From assembly GCF_004010195.1 (NCBI RefSeq), contig NC_057755.1:8607320-8671319 (forward strand): a stretch of DNA of 64,000 bases. Direction: 5' to 3'. Below, one piece after another: positions 13,144 to 27,728 of this stretch; the stretch's first letter is position 1, and every line of letters starts with the position of its first letter. Below the pieces are notes generated by a model. The model was given only the letters and a program-made list of their open reading frames with translations, was not told the DNA's origin and ran no database searches. This DNA comes from Chiloscyllium plagiosum. Taxonomy: Eukaryota. Both the position numbers and the translations under genes were made by a program.

Positions 13144-14522
13144 CATTGAGCATAGCACTGTGCAGCACAGGAACGGGCCCTTTAGAAAACAATACTGTGT
13201 TGAACATGGCCCCAAACCTAATCAGTCCCTTTTACCTGCCCTTGTTCCATATCCCTCCATTCCTTACATATCCAAAAACAACCTGAAATTCTCTGACACC
13301 TCCTTATAGATCCTGCACTCTAATCCAGGCAGCATCCTGGTAAATCTCTTCTGCACCCTCTCCAAAGCTTCCACATCCTTCCTGTAAAGTGGCAGCCAGA
13401 ATTAAGTGCAATATAATAAGTGTGGTTAACGGAACCTTGATAGTGCAGCAACATACAGAATCTCAAAAAAAATTATAAGATCATGAGAGGCATGGACAGT
13501 GTGAATGCACTCAGTCTTTATACCAGCGTTAGGGAATCGAGCATTGGAGGGCATCAGTATAAGGTTAGAGGTGAAAGAATAAAAAGGGACCTTGAGGGGA
13601 AGCTTTTTTTTACACAGAGGAATTTTCCAATTCGAATGAGCTTCCAAATGATGAGTTAGATGGATGCATTAACATCATTTGAAAGGTATTTGAACAAATA
13701 CATTGATAGGAAAGGTTTAGAATAATATGGGCCAAGTGCACGGAAATGGGGTTATCGTGGATGGACATTTTGATCGGCATGGACCAGTTTGAGCCGAACG
13801 GAGTGTCTCTGTGCTGTCGGAGTCAAAGACTATAGGACTCTATATCATAAAATTCTGACTCTTACACGCAATTCCCTGATCAATAAAGGTAAGCATGCCA
13901 TACACCTTCTTTACCAACCTATCGACTTGCATGGCTACTTGCAGGGAGACATGGAGTTGAACCTCAAGATCATTCTGTACATCAATGTTGTTCAGCCTCC
14001 TGCCATTAACTATATACTTTTCCTTAACATTTGATCACTCAAAGTGCAGCAGCTCACACTTATCCGGATTAAACTCCATCTGCCATTACTTAGCCCATAT
14101 TTGCAACTGATCTATGTCCCGCTGTATCCTTCTACACTATCTGTAACTCCACTGATCTTTAAACCGTCTGCAAACATACTAACCCACCCATCTACAGTTT
14201 CAACCAAGTCATTTATATATATTGCAAACAGCAGTGGTCCCTGAATGGTCCCTGCGGAACACCACTAGTCACAGACCTCCAAACTGAAAAATACATTTCC
14301 ACCTCTACCCTCGACCTTTTATGGGAAAGGGTTCAAAATGATCCCAGTCCAACACCAATGCATCCAGATCTCAGGAAAAAAAAACAATTCTGAAACCACA
14401 CGGCCAAATCACGTGGATCCAACACATCGTATTCTTCGGGATGAGCATAGCATGAGAGACCTTGCCGAAATCCTGACTAAATTCCATGCAGACAACATCC
14501 AATGCTCTCCCATCTTTGACCA
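13144..14522 (-). mobile_element. CR1 LINE remnant, itself interrupted by a plus-strand CR1 3' end (~13460-13840)
   Basis: Reverse complement of the GWVSMFADG, QMEFNP and QFWLP motifs. Host Gypsy sequence resumes on both sides. Confidence 0.8.
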
Positions 14523-17500
14523 CCTTATACCGAGCAGATGGACTCCAGGTTAGGCCACACTAAAAGCCCAAAACAAAACAAAACCTCGTCCAAGCTGGAA
14601 ATATTTTCTTCAGGATTCGAGCTGGTAAGCCATTGTACTTGCTGCTGGACTTGTGACAGTGAAAGAGTCCCACTATACATGAAGTGATAATAGAACTGAT
14701 ATATGTTATCCAGAATTTGCACACCCTGGAAAGTCCACCTACAGCGAGTTTGGAACAGTTACAATGTTTAGCAAGTATTATGGACGAAGGTAGACCACTC
14801 AAAACATTCTTAAACAGGCAGCTCAGACTTTTACTCTGCAATTTGTTTTGGTACGTGCACATTGAAAATTACCAAGATTAAGTCTGCTAGGTTGACTATT
14901 CGATTTTAAAACAGGCAAAGAAAAATTCACAAAGTGACGCAACGAAGCATGAAGAACAGAACAAAGAAATCCTACAGAACTCAACCTATCCAACGAGAAT
15001 AAATTATGTTGATCTGAATATACACAGCCGCCCCATTAAGCAAACTGCCTTTTAAACCCAATGTAAATGGAACGCATACTTTCAAGGTGAAGTTGAAGGG
15101 CAGAAAGAGGGAGAGATCTTCCAGATAGCTCCCTGTTGAACTTCCAACCAGTTCAAGGCTGAACTAAAACTGCTCAGCTCGGCTAGAGAGCTAACCACTC
15201 ACCTTTCTTTTTACAGGCCACTTCTACAACATGCGCACTTCAGCTAAATCTCATCTGTTTACATAGAAACAAAAGGTCTTTCAAATTCCTTTTCATCAGA
15301 GCCCAGCCCAGTTTATTACCCCTCTTTAAAAAAAATCAAGGAAAAAGTCTCCTTGAGCCAAGGAACAGCTTTTAGAAAAGAAGGGGGCTAGCTTTGTGAC
15401 ACGTCGTCCCTTAAAAAAAAAGAACTATCAATACTAAAAGATGGCTTCATTTTTAAGCCTTCAAAACCCGGTAAAGATTCTAATCACACATATACATTAT
15501 GATAACTATAAACATGCAAACATGCACAACGCCAAGCAAATTCAGGCCTCGGTACACCCACCAACGAATGACTTCATATCCCATTAGAATCTAGATATCT
15601 ATCAACAATCACATTTTCATGAACTGCCAAATGCACAATTGTCAAATTAAATGGTTGCAGCAACAAGCTCTATCGAAACAGTCTGGCACTTTTGTCATTA
15701 TTTTTTTCCACAAATGTCAATGGGTTATGATCAATGTGGACAATTGTCTCAGATACATTGCTGGTAATATAACCAATGAAATGTTGTCGTGCCAACATCA
15801 AGCTGAAAGTCTATTTTTTCACCATGAAATATTTCTATTGATGAACGCTCGATTTCCTGGAAAAATACCCGATGGGTCTTTCTGTTCCCTCATCATCCTC
15901 CTGTAGGAGCTCCACTCTGATAACCACATCAGTGGAATGGATAGACACCTTGAAAGGCATCGTGTCATTCCATGTATCTCATGCTGGGGCAGTAGCTAAC
16001 ACAGATTTTAGGCTGTCAAATGCCTTTTCACAGTCCGTTGTCCACTGAAACCTTTTGCCTTTTTTAGCAATTCGTTGAGTGAAGCAACCACACTGCTTAA
16101 GTTTGGCACAAATATTTGATAAAATCCACTCAACGCTAAAAACCATTGTACTGCTTTTGTTGTTGACGGTGTGGGAATCTCTCCAATTTCTTCCATTTTC
16201 GCATCCCATGGGGCCATTTCTCCATGCCAAATAACATGGTTCAGGAAGATGACTTCAGCTTTTGCAAATTCACTTTTACCTAAGTTTACCACCAAGCCTG
16301 CTATCCAAAGTTCATCGAACAAGTCCAATAAATGCTGGAAACTTTCCTTCCAGGAGTGACTAAAAATCATCAGGTCATCAATGTATAGCACACAGTTGGA
16401 TAATCCGGCAATGACCTTATTAGTCAGTCTCTGAAATCTGGCTGAAGAGTTTTTTTCATATCAAATGGCACGACTTTGAACTAATATAGCCCATTTGGCG
16501 TTATGAAAGCAAAAAATGCCTTTTTTCACTCTCTGACAGAGATACTTGCCAGTAGCCTCTGAGCAAGTCCAATTTAGAAATATAAGTTGCTTATCTGACT
16601 TTTTTGACACAATCCTCCAACCGTGGAATTGGATATGCATCAGTCTTTGTAACAGCGTTGACTTTGCAATAGTCCACTCATTGGATACCATGACTATGGG
16701 TGGGCTCCATCATTTTAACTTTGATTATGACATCTTAGAGCATGCGCTATATCTTCTTCTGAACCTGTGCCAAGCTGTGAGGCTTATGGATGTCACTTAA
16801 TAAGAACAGCATCGCCCATATCTTCGTCATACATAACTAGGATAGTACTTCCCAGTTTATTTCTGTATATCTCTACATGTGAGAGTAAAACCTCTGTCAG
16901 GTCGTTTAGATTTTTTTTGTGGAAGGTAACTCAATAATTTATCCCAATTTCAAACGACTACTTCATTGTCCAATTTGATTTGAGAAGTGTCTAATTCAGA
17001 ATCCTCTAAACATGTCCTTCTGTGCTATAATCATTAACATCTTCTCCTCTTGCTTTCCTTCCCTATCAAAATACCTTTTGAACATATTCACACGACACAC
17101 TCTGTGAGATTTCCTACATTCTGGAGTCCTTATTAAGTATTTCACCTCACTCTGTTTCCTCTCGAATTGATACGGTCCACTAAACCTTGCTTTTAAAGGC
17201 TTACATGTTACTGGAAGTAACACCAAATACCTTATCCCCACGTGAAATATTGCAAGTTTGTGACTTTTTAACCGCTCTTGTTTCATTACATGCTGTGATA
17301 CTTTTAAATACAGTCTAGCCAACTCGCCAGCTCCATTTAATTCTTCTCCACAATCTGACATAAAGTCCAAATGAGTGGTCTCTGAATTCTGATTTATTGA
17401 TTTTTCCTTAATCAATTTTAATAGTCCTATTACTTCACAATCAAAAATTAATTCACAGGGACTGGATTTGATCGATTCATGCGGTGCATCTCTGATCGCA

Positions 17501-19784
17501 AAAAGTATGAACGGAACTCCCTTATCCCAATCATCTTCATAATTCTGACCATAAGCCACTTCATCATAGTCTTTCTTAATCAATGGTATCCCTCTTGCGC
17601 TCCTTACGTTTTAAGATGATATGGATTAGATTTGAATTGCTTCATTCCCAAGTTATCCATAAAATCTTTTAATAGTTATTTGAGAAGTTTGATTTTTGAT
17701 CTGACTGAATCTCTATTGGCAGTCCATATCTCGTAAAAGTTTAAGTAATTTTTCCACAATCCTTTTAGATGTGATGTCGCGTGAGGGGTTGCCTCTGGAA
17801 ATTTCATCAACATATCCATTAATAAATACTTATTCCCACCTCTTGTTTGAGGTAGGGGGCCTACACAATCAATCAGACGCTTGTGAAATGCTCCTCAAGT
17901 GCTGGAATAGGTATGAAAGGTGAAGGTTTTATTACTGCCTGTGATTTTCCGATTAGCTGACATGTATGGCATGTGTGGCAAAATTCAACTACGTCTTTGC
18001 GTAGTCCAGGGCAGTAAAAAAAGTCTTTGTATTTTAGCCTGTGTTTTCCTCACCCCGAAATGGCCTCCAAGTTGTACCACATGCACCATTCGCAGTGCCT
18101 CCTTTTAATCCAACACTGGCAAAACAATTTGATGAGTCTTTGCCTATTTGTCATCTGTTGAAAGTGTGATGGTCTCCTTTTCCTTACTCAGACAGCATTT
18201 GTTAAGTAATAAAACACAGGAATGCATTCGCTTTCTTTCTCGGTATATGCCTTTTCTTATAACTGTTTTCACTCCTATCTTTCTGTGTAATTCAATGAGA
18301 TTAGGAGAGATAAAGATACTGGCATGAATAGCTATTTTCTCCTTCTTTCTTCCATTTATCTGATCAAAAAAGGCCACGGATAACACTATGTCAGCTTCCT
18401 TATCTCTGTCTTTTGATCTCTATTACTGAAGCTTGTGCTCTTGTGATCTTGTGACAACTCAATCCTGAATAAAGGGTCCTTCATTTCTTCAGTTGCCTGC
18501 GTTTCCACTGACCTTTCAACTGGAGTATGTAGCACACCTCACAGTGAATAAGCTATATCATTTTCAAGGACAAATTGTATTCCTGGTGCTGAGAGTTTGT
18601 CCAGTACTCCTACCAAAAATTCTCTATTCTTCTCTGGACTCTCTCGCCTCATATTGCATAATTGAACACTGTTTGTCTCACCATGAATTCTTGTTACTAG
18701 TACCTTTTCTGTCAATGGTCCCTCAGGACTGCATATCTCCACATCCTTAGCATTACAGACTGAGAGGATCCTGTGTTCCTTATTATTGTTACCTCCTTAC
18801 CTACTACTCCTGCCCTATGTAAGTAAACTTTTCCTTTGCATGTACATTTTTAAAGCAGATCTGGCACTTCCTCCTTAATAAACCTCTGATCATCTTGTAC
18901 ACTCTGGGGCAGTTTTCTAACATCCCTTGGGCGTTTTGTTCCTCATTCAACAAAACTGCCAGGGCTTGTCTGGTTTTCCTACATCTGGTTTTCTCCTAGC
19001 CAACCAACACTGATTTCGTGTGGCCCACATTATTACAGTGAAAACACTGGAGCCTTCTGACTTCTTTGTTCCCCTCACGGGTTTATTTTTAAACCCTATG
19101 GTAAGTTATCCTTATGGTCTTCATTGATATCTATCTTTCCATTTCCACATGAGGGTGTCTGTTTGCCTCAATTACTATCCCGCATGGATTGAAATTGATT
19201 CTGGAAGCCAAACGGAGTTGTTTGGACCAGCTCATAATCATCAGTCACTTCAGATGTTAATCTTGCTGCTTTAACTCGTCCACATGAGTTAGTATTGTTT
19301 CCTCACTGAGCCTACCATCAGCCTTTATCTCCAGCCTTTTAAGCTGAAGTTCCGTTTTAAGTATCAATGTTTGAACTTCAAAGACTCTCTTTTTCTTTCT
19401 GTTCTGCTGCTTTCTTTCTTTCTCTTCTGCTTCTAAATGTAACTCAAACTGTTACATTTCTGCTGCCCTTTCCTTATCTCTCGCCTCTAACTCGAGCTGA
19501 CTCATTTGCACTTGAATTCTTGTCATTGCTATAGATTCCGATGGTTTCTCCAGCAAGTTTAAATGCTCTAATTATCTCTCCTTTCCTCACAGAAACAGGC
19601 AGTTGCAATTCCAACTTCTCTGCTAAATCTTGTAACTTGGCCCTATTCACATTTTGCAAAACTTCCAAATTCACTGCATCCACATTCAGAAAACTTTTGG
19701 CGACTGAAAAAGCCATTCCTATCCCAAGCTTTGACCACCAACCAAAGTAAAATCACTTGTGATTTAAAAACCCGCAAAGAGTTC

Positions 19785-22516
19785 GTTAGATGGGTCGGTG
19801 TTTGTCCAATGTGTGCAGGAGGGTTTCCTGACACAATATGAAGACAGGCCAACAAGAGGTGAGGCCATACTGGATTTGGTTCTGGGTAACGAATCAGGCC
19901 AGGTGTTAGAATTGGAGGTAGGTGAGCACTTTGGGGACAGTGACCACAATTCAGTGACTTTTACTGTAGCGATGGAGAGGGATAAGTGTGCACTGCAGGG
20001 CAAGAGTTATAGCTGGGGGCAGGGAAATTATGATGCGGTGAGGCACGACTTAGGATGCGTGGCTTGGAAAAGTAAGCTTCAAGGGAAGGGCGCAATTGAT
20101 ATGTGGAGCTTGTTCAACGAGCAATTATTGAGTGTCCTTGATAAGTATGTATCTGTCAGGCAGGGAGGAAAGGGTCGTGTGAGGGAGCCGTGGTTTAATA
20201 AGGAATTGGAATCCCTTGTTAAATGGAAGAGGGCGGCCTATGTAAAGATGAGGCGTGAAGGTTCAATTGGGGCGATTGAGAGTTATAAGGTAGCCAGGAA
20301 GGACCTGAAGAGAGAGCTAAGAGCAGCAAGGAGGGGACATGAAAGGTCCTTAGTTGGTAGGATTAGGGAAAACCCTAAGGCTTTCTATAGGTATGTCAGG
20401 AATAAAAGAATGACTAGGGTAGGAATAGATCCAGTCAAGGATAGTAGTGGGAAGTTGCGTGTAGAGGCTGAAGAGATTGGGGAGACACTGAATGAATACC
20501 TTCCGTCAGTAATCACTCAGGAACAGGACATTGTTGCCGATGTGAACACTGAGTCACAATTAANNNNNNNNNNNNNNNNNNNNNNNNNNNNNNNNNNNNN
20601 NNNNNNNNNNNNNNNNNNNNNNNNNNNNNNNNNNNNNNNNNNNNNNNNNNNNNNNNNNNNNNNNNNNNNNNNNNNNNNNNNNNNNNNNNNNNNNNNNNNN
20701 NNNNNNNNNNNNNNNNNNNNNNNNNNNNNNNNNNNNNNNNNNNNNNNNNNNNNNNNNNNNNNNNNNNNNNNNNNNNNNNNNNNNNNNNNNNNNNNNNNNN
20801 NNNNNNNNNNNNNNNNNNNNNNNNNNNNNNNNNNNNNNNNNNNNNNNNNNNNNNNNNNNNNNNNNNNNNNNNNNNNNNNNNNNNNNNNNNNNNNNNNNNN
20901 NNNNNNNNNNNNNNNNNNNNNNNNNNNNNNNNNNNNNNNNNNNNNNNNNNNNNNNNNNNNNNNNGGTGAAAATAGATAAGTCTCCTGGGCCTGATGGCAT
21001 TTATCCTAGGATTCTCTGGGAAGCAAGGGAGGAGATTGCAGAGCCATTGGCCTTAATTTTTATGTGCTCGTTGTCTACAGGAGTAGTGCCAGAAGATTGG
21101 AGGCTCGCAAATGTGGTTCCCTTGTTCAAGAAGCTGAGTAGGGATAACCCTAGTAACTATCGGCCGGTGAGTCTCACTTCTGTTGTGGGCAAAGTCTTAG
21201 AGAGAATTGTAAGGGATAGGATTTATGAACATCTGGATAGGAATATTGTGATCAAGGATAGTCAGCATGGTTTTGTGAAGGGCAGGTCGTGCCTCACAAA
21301 CCTTATTGAATTCTTTGAGAAGGTGACTAAGGAGTGGACGAGGGTAAAGCGGTAGATGTGGTGTATTTGGATTTTAGTAAGGCGTTTGATAGGGTTCCCC
21401 ATGGTAGACTACTGCAAGAAATACGGAGGTATGGCATTGAGGGCGAGTTGGAGGTTTGGATTAGGAATTGGCTGGCTGGAAGAAGACAGAGGGTAGTAGT
21501 TGATGGTAAGAGTTCATGTTGGAGTGCAGTAACGAGCGGTGTTCCGCAAGGATCTGTTTTGGGACCTTTGCTGTTTGTCTTTTTATAAATGACCTGGAGG
21601 AGGGGCTAGAGGGTTGGGTGAGTAAGTTTGCGGATGATACGAAATTCGGTGGAGTTGTTGACAGTGAGGGGGGATGCGTCAGGTTACAGCGGGATATAGA
21701 TAAGCTGCAGAGCTGGGAAGAAAGGTGGCAAATGGAGTTCAATGTAGGTAAGATTAAAGTGATTCACTTTGGTAAGAGTAACAAGAAGATGGGGTACTGG
21801 GCTAATGGTCGGATACTTGGTAGTGTGGATGAGCAGAGGGATCTTGATGTCCATGTACACAGATCTCTGAAAGTTGCCACCCAGGTAAATAGTGCGGTGA
21901 AGAAAGCATTTGGCGTACTGGCTTTTATTGGTAGAGGAATTGAGTTCCGGATTCCTGAGGTCATGTTGCAGTTGTATAAGACTCTGGTGCGGCCGCATCT
22001 GGAGTATTGTGTGCAGTTTTGGTCGCCATACTATAGGAAGGATGTGGAGGCACTGGAACGGGTGCAGAGGAGGTTTACCAGGATGTTGCCTGGTATGGTA
22101 GGAAGATCGTATGAGGAAAGGCTGAGGCACTTGGGGTTGTTTTCATTGGAGAAAAGAAGGTTTAGGGGTGACTTGATAGAGGTGTACAAGATGATTAGGG
22201 GTTTAGATAGGGTTGACCATGAGAAACTTTTTCCACGTGTGGAGTCAGCTATTACGAGGGGGCATAGCTTTAAATTAAGGGAAGGTAGGTATAGGACGTA
22301 TGTTAGGGGTAAATTCTTTACTCAGCGAGTCGTGAGTTCATGGAATGCCCTGCCAGTAGCAGTGGTGGATTCTCCCTCTTTATGGGCATTTAAACGGGCA
22401 TTGGATAGGCATATGGAGGATAGTGGGCTAGTGTAGGTTAGGTGGGCTTGGATCGGCGCAACATCGAGGGCCAAAGGGCCTGTACTGCGCTGTATTTTTC
22501 TATGTTCTATGTTCTA
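19785..22516 (+). mobile_element. Young 5'-truncated CR1 (HER1-like) LINE ORF2 with two frameshifts, spanning an assembly gap
   Basis: PTRGEAILDLVL, KSPGPDGIYP, NYRPVSLTS, YLDFSKAFD, GVPQGSVLGP, FADD and a (TTCTATG)n tail. Confidence 0.95.
20564..20964. other. Assembly gap (401 N)
   Basis: Run of N. Confidence 1.
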
Positions 22517-24974
22517 ATCCCGAATCTGTTATTGTTTAAGCCAGACTACTCAAAATATTCTAAAGCAGGCAGCAACTCTGCAATTTATTTCGGTAAGTGT
22601 ACAGTGAACATTACCCGGATTACGTTCGCTAGGTTGACTACTAGAGTTTAAAAACAGACAAAACTTTATTCACAAAATTACGCAATGAAATACAAAGAAC
22701 AGAATAACAAAACTCCTACAGAACTCAACCTATCCAACTAGACTTAATTGTGCTGTTTCGACTATACACAAGAGTCCCAATGAACAAACTCCCTTTCAGA
22801 ACAATTTGAAGGGCAGAAAGAGAAAGCGAGTTTACAGACAACTCCCTGTTGAATTTCCAACCAGTTCAAGACTGAACGAAAACTGCTCAGATCAGCTGGA
22901 GAGCTGACCACTCCTCTTTCTTTATACAGGTCACTTCTGCAACATGACTACATGCCCTGAAGTCTAATCTATTTTTTTCTAAAAAAAAAAGCCTCTCAGA
23001 ATTTTTTACATCTCCGTACCAATACAGACTGATCAGAGCCCGGCCTGGCTTATCACCCCTCTGAAAAAAAAATCCAGGACAGAGTGATCCTGAGCCAAGG
23101 AACAGTTTTTAGAAAAAAAAGGACTATCTTGGTGACACAACATTCAAGTCAGAACCAATTGAAACAAACATCTGGTTAAATTGTCACCTGATTCTAAAGG
23201 AGGAAGGTACTAGCACAGCTGCATCAGTGATTGCAAATTCAAACATTAACAATGTTTGCTCGAGACTCCAAATCATACGTTTGTGTAAGACTTCGGCTTG
23301 ACTGAGAACCTATCAAAGGGAACATTTTCAGATTAAGACGCCAAGTTTGGTTCCAGGCTCGGATGAGAAGCAACTGTTTCAGTTCGCACTGATTGTAGTA
23401 AAAGGCTCAGGCTCAAGACTGATGGGGGGAAATTGGCTGAGAAAGATTCACTTTCATTGGCTCATCCATTTCGACTCGAAAATAGCTGTTTGGTTGAAGG
23501 CCGAATGAAATACCAAACGGTTTTTCACGAAAGTCCAGGGGTGCCCGAAGGAGACAAGGCCACATTGCATGTTGACCAGGAAGAAATTCCCTGATTCTGC
23601 AATTCCCGCCAAGTGTCATTTGCCTTATGGGGAAAAGTAGAGGTAGAAATCAGGAGGGTGGAAAGGGAAGAAGTCATGAACCCAGTACAGTTTGCAAAAT
23701 GGACAGCATTGGCTGTACGTAATACGAGGCCTCAGTGGGTCGATTTGCCATTGTGGGATTTTAAACTAGCAGTCCAGAAATTCTCATAACCAGATAAATA
23801 TCGAATCCTTCAATCTACAGAGCAACATTTTATTATAGGGCACTGGAATGATTGTCCCAAGCAAAGGTAAACCCTGGACTCTTTTAAACATAGACACAGG
23901 TCCTCTCCTGGGATCAATGTTCTTGGTTATTGTGGATGGCCATTCAAAGTGGATGGACGTGTAATTTGTCAAAATGGGATGTTGATAACAAGGTGTGTGC
24001 ATTATCAGTGATACATGGACTCCTGGAAGTGCTAGTCATGGACAATGGGATGTTATTTTCCAGCTGGGATTTCCAGTATTTCCTGATGTTGAAAGGCATC
24101 CGGCAAGTTCAGACACTTCCATAACATCCACTGTCCAATGGTCTATCGGAAAGAGCAATCCAATGATTAAAAGCAGATTTAAAGAAATCACCACAGCTTC
24201 ACTCGATACCAAACGGCCCCACGTCCTGTTTGATTATTGGACAAACCCGCACAGAACAACAGTGTTGCTGATGGGGAGAAAAATCTGCACCAGTTTAAAA
24301 CTTGTACTCCTGGGCCCGAGGTAGGGTGGTTAAACAGAATTAGGAAGACTAGTAGTGGCCAAATGCCTCCCTCCTACAGGAGAGAGTTGACTTCAGGAGA
24401 AAATAAGTTTGGTGTCAAACAAAAGAAATGTCCCTGCATGGGGACGAGGTGAGGTCAATGTGACGTCAAGTCCCGTGACTTACAAAGTTTGGGTAAGTGA
24501 GACGGTCCTGAACAAACAAGTAGAGCTCAGGAAAGCCGCTCCCTTGCAAACGGAACAGGAACAAAACATCCCTGGCCCGTCAGAGCAGCAGGAAAGGCTG
24601 TCAGAAACCAAGTGTTCTCCTGCTCCATCTGGCGTCGAAGGAAACTTTGAGTCTGAGATGGATGCAACCTCGATACCGCTGCCACCTGAAGAGGAGGAAG
24701 AAACCCTCCTGTTACACTCTGGGGGCACGAGACTGGTTATGGTCCAGTACACGCCACCCGTGCCCGAGTCAGAGTCAAAGGAACCAGACCTCAGGTTAAA
24801 ATATCCTGGGAGAAACTACAAGAGGAAGTGCACATCCCTGGACTTCGTGGGGGATTAATGTCATCGTTAGATCGAGGGCCAGGTGGATCGCATTGGCAAT
24901 GCGATCCTTGATTCTTTTTAACCCTGGGCCAATCAGGGAGCACTGGCTGACAGAGGTAACCCGTCCCTCGTTGG

Positions 24975-25555
24975 TCCTTGAAAATGGTGGAGTGTTGTTT
25001 CTTATCCACGTGCTGTAAGCTGACCAACATTGCCTTTCGGGAGGAAATTCCAGGATCTTCACCCAAGGACAATGAAAGGACAGCAATATATTTCCCAGTC
25101 CAGATGGTGAGTGACTTGGAGGGGAACGTGCATGGTATGGTGCTCCGGTGTACCTGCTACCTTTGACTGGATGGAAGTGGTCACGTATTTGAAATTTGCT
25201 GTATGAGGATCATTCTACAGTGTATCTTGCAGCTTGTCCACCCTGACGTTATTGAATGACAGTGGTGGAGTGGCTGGAAATTTTTGGATGTGCCTATATT
25301 TAAATAGGTTGCTTTGCTTTTTCCTGGATGGTGGGAGTCACAGAAGGTCCGAATGCATCCAAGGAACAGGACAGTCGACATTTTGGGCAATAACCCTTCA
25401 TCAGGAATATGGGGGTGGGTGTGTCTACCACCTGGGCTGATAGATAAATGGGAAGGGGTCGGGGTGGGAATGATCACTTGTTCCTTTTCATAGATGGTGT
25501 CAAGCTTTGTGAGAGCACTTGGGCCTGTACCCATGCAGAGACAGGGATTAAAGGG
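24975..25555 (-). mobile_element. Old CR1/L2-group LINE 3' remnant with a Penelope-derived fragment (~25350-25430)
   Basis: Reverse complement of the 36640-37000-type LINE tail. Paralogs at 33640-33940 and 55560-55975. CTGATGAagggttattgccc on the minus strand. Confidence 0.6.
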
Positions 25556-27728
25556 CATCAATAGAAGATTGGGATGAGGAGGAATGCCATTCCCCAGAGA
25601 GATTGGTGGCTATGGAACTCCATTGCACAAGAAAATATGGAGGAATAGTCCTTTCCTATATTTAAGGTAGACAGAGACAGATTTCTGATCAGTTGCTGAT
25701 TGACGGGTTCTGGGGAAAGTACAGGAAAGTGGACATGAGAACTGTCGCACCAGCCATGGCCCTATTAAATGGTGTAGCAGTCTCGAGTGGTCGGGCGGCC
25801 TCCTCCAATTCTTATGTATTACAGCATCATGGTCTTTTAGACCGTCTAATCACTATCCCACTGAGCCACTAAACGTCATGCATTCCTTGTTAGAGAGGAA
25901 TGACTGAAGGCAATCACTTGACAATAAGTTTCATTCCAATCATGAAATTGTTTATTTCATAGCCAGCGGAGATTAAGTCACCGGGTTTCCCATGTGCTTA
26001 TCCACTGAACAAACGAAATCATGCACTTTGTTTACTTTTCAGAAAGCACATCCTGACTGCTTCAGGATTTCTTACACAATTAGTCTCAGTGGTCTTTTTT
26101 TTCCTAGTTAGTGTCAGTGTTCAGTATATCTTTCATAGTAAATCTTGGTGCTGAGTCTCAGTGTTCGGGGCGCTTTTCAGATATGGCGCGGCAAGTGACC
26201 ATCCACTGTGCATTGTAATTAATGTGCCTGGAAATAAACTGTAACAATAAAGAGTAACAATTGTAGGCAGGAACTGAAACCTCAACTGACATCTTATGAC
26301 AGCTTAAACAAAACAAAATTTAAGCTACACACAACTAAGAATTTTCAGGAATGTTTACAATCGGGTAATTTTAATGATGGAGGGTGGTGGATGATATAAA
26401 ATAATGGGAACAAATGTACACATTGTTTTTGGGAAACAATGCTAAAGAGTGAGTGTGAATTGTGGAGGACGCTTTCAAATATTGTACGTTATGATCCCAG
26501 TTGCTAAATAATACTGCTAAAATCAGATCTCAGAATGACAGTAGTTTGGAAGATTTTTAAATTAATCTTTGCATTTGGATGCCATGGAATATACTCACAT
26601 GAGGCTATCATGTGAGCCTCATGTGAGCCTCATGAGCATAAATAAGAGCATAAATTTATTAATGAGAAAATGTAAAGCTATAAATGCATTAGCAATCGGA
26701 AAAGGTCTTAAAATGACACAGAATAAGAAAGACTCCACCTTTTGACCAGCAAAATCTTTTACACATTTTCAAACACAGTGAGATATTATTCTCAACTCAA
26801 ATCATTAATTTCGTGCACAACTGATTATTTCCAATTTTCTGAGACATCTGAGAGGCGTCTTTCCAATTCTGAGGACATAGAATTCATTTCAATTAGTGCA
26901 GCCAGGGAAATTTCACAAGGTCTTTCAACCTGGAGAACTTGTTGTAAGACTGGAAATGCATCATCAAATAGAGGTCAGACTTGTGTGCTTATTTGAACAG
27001 TTTAACCATTCGAATAAATGAATATTTTGCTCCGTTGATTAACTCCTCTCTGAATTTTGTATTAGAGAATATAGACAGGTGCTGGTGCACAAACTCAGAA
27101 GCCGTAGCATGAATCCAATTTTTTGAAAGACAAATATTGAACCTTTCAAAGTCTTGTCCTTATAATTATGGTTCATTTCTCGCCGGATTAAAACTTGTAT
27201 GACAAGTGCTGGCCACAACCATATAGCATTAGCAGACAGTGCAAGAGCAAGATGATGGAATTTCTTCGGGTGACCACCTCTGAATCAGTATTATTCTGTC
27301 CATTTCGGTGGATGTGGAGGCGACAGCGGCTCTTGTAATATTCCTGGCAGTCAGAGCATTGAACACCAAAATCAATACAATTGGAAGGAATAGTATCATT
27401 ATAATATTTATCAATGTATACACTTTCCAAAATAATGACGAGTAATAGTCTGATATTATGATGCAAGACCATGGTACATTGTCAATAACAACTGAAGGAA
27501 TAAATACAAAATACAAAATAATTGACCGAAAACAGCTGGCCACGCTCACATTTACTGTAACCACAAATGCTGTTCTCGATTACAATATCTTGTTCTTAGC
27601 TTCTGGCCACAAACTGCTACAAACCGATCAAAAGTAAAAGCAACTGTAACCCAAACGGAGCAGCTCAGCGCTGCACTGTACATAACAACTCTCAAGGCAT
27701 ACTCAGGAGTGATGGATAACGAAGTTAC

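Larger units (their letters stand above)
14776..23137 (-). mobile_element. Full-length but degenerate Gypsy LTR retrotransposon (family B), LTRs 14776-15401 and 22527-23137
   Basis: Two homologous LTRs and a PPT-like tract next to 15401. gag, zinc knuckle (CFHCNNVGH), RT (LYIDDL) and integrase (DWDKGVPFILFAIR, ARFSGPY) remnants. TSD caag/caac. Confidence 0.9.
12716..24955 (+). mobile_element. Degenerate Gypsy family-A element (5' LTR ~12716-12918, 3' LTR ~24858-24955) split by nested insertions
   Basis: LTR end ttatttca followed by PBS-like tggcaacgag. Internal pieces 12919-13143, 14523-14775 and 23138-24857 are colinear with the copies at 52200-52900 and 60351-61300. Integrase remnants and a PPT are present. 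Confidence 0.75.

Noticed and set aside
12795..13286. 163-aa ORF
   Set aside because: Chance read-through across an LTR, Gypsy internal sequence and an antisense CR1 tail.
19798..21000. 393-aa and 146-aa ORFs
   Set aside because: They are inflated by the 401-N gap. The flanking CR1 motifs suggest only a few tens of codons are really missing, so the gap size is unreliable.
14776..23137. Active or domesticated Gypsy gene
   Set aside because: gag and pol are broken by many stops and frameshifts, and the two LTRs are clearly diverged.
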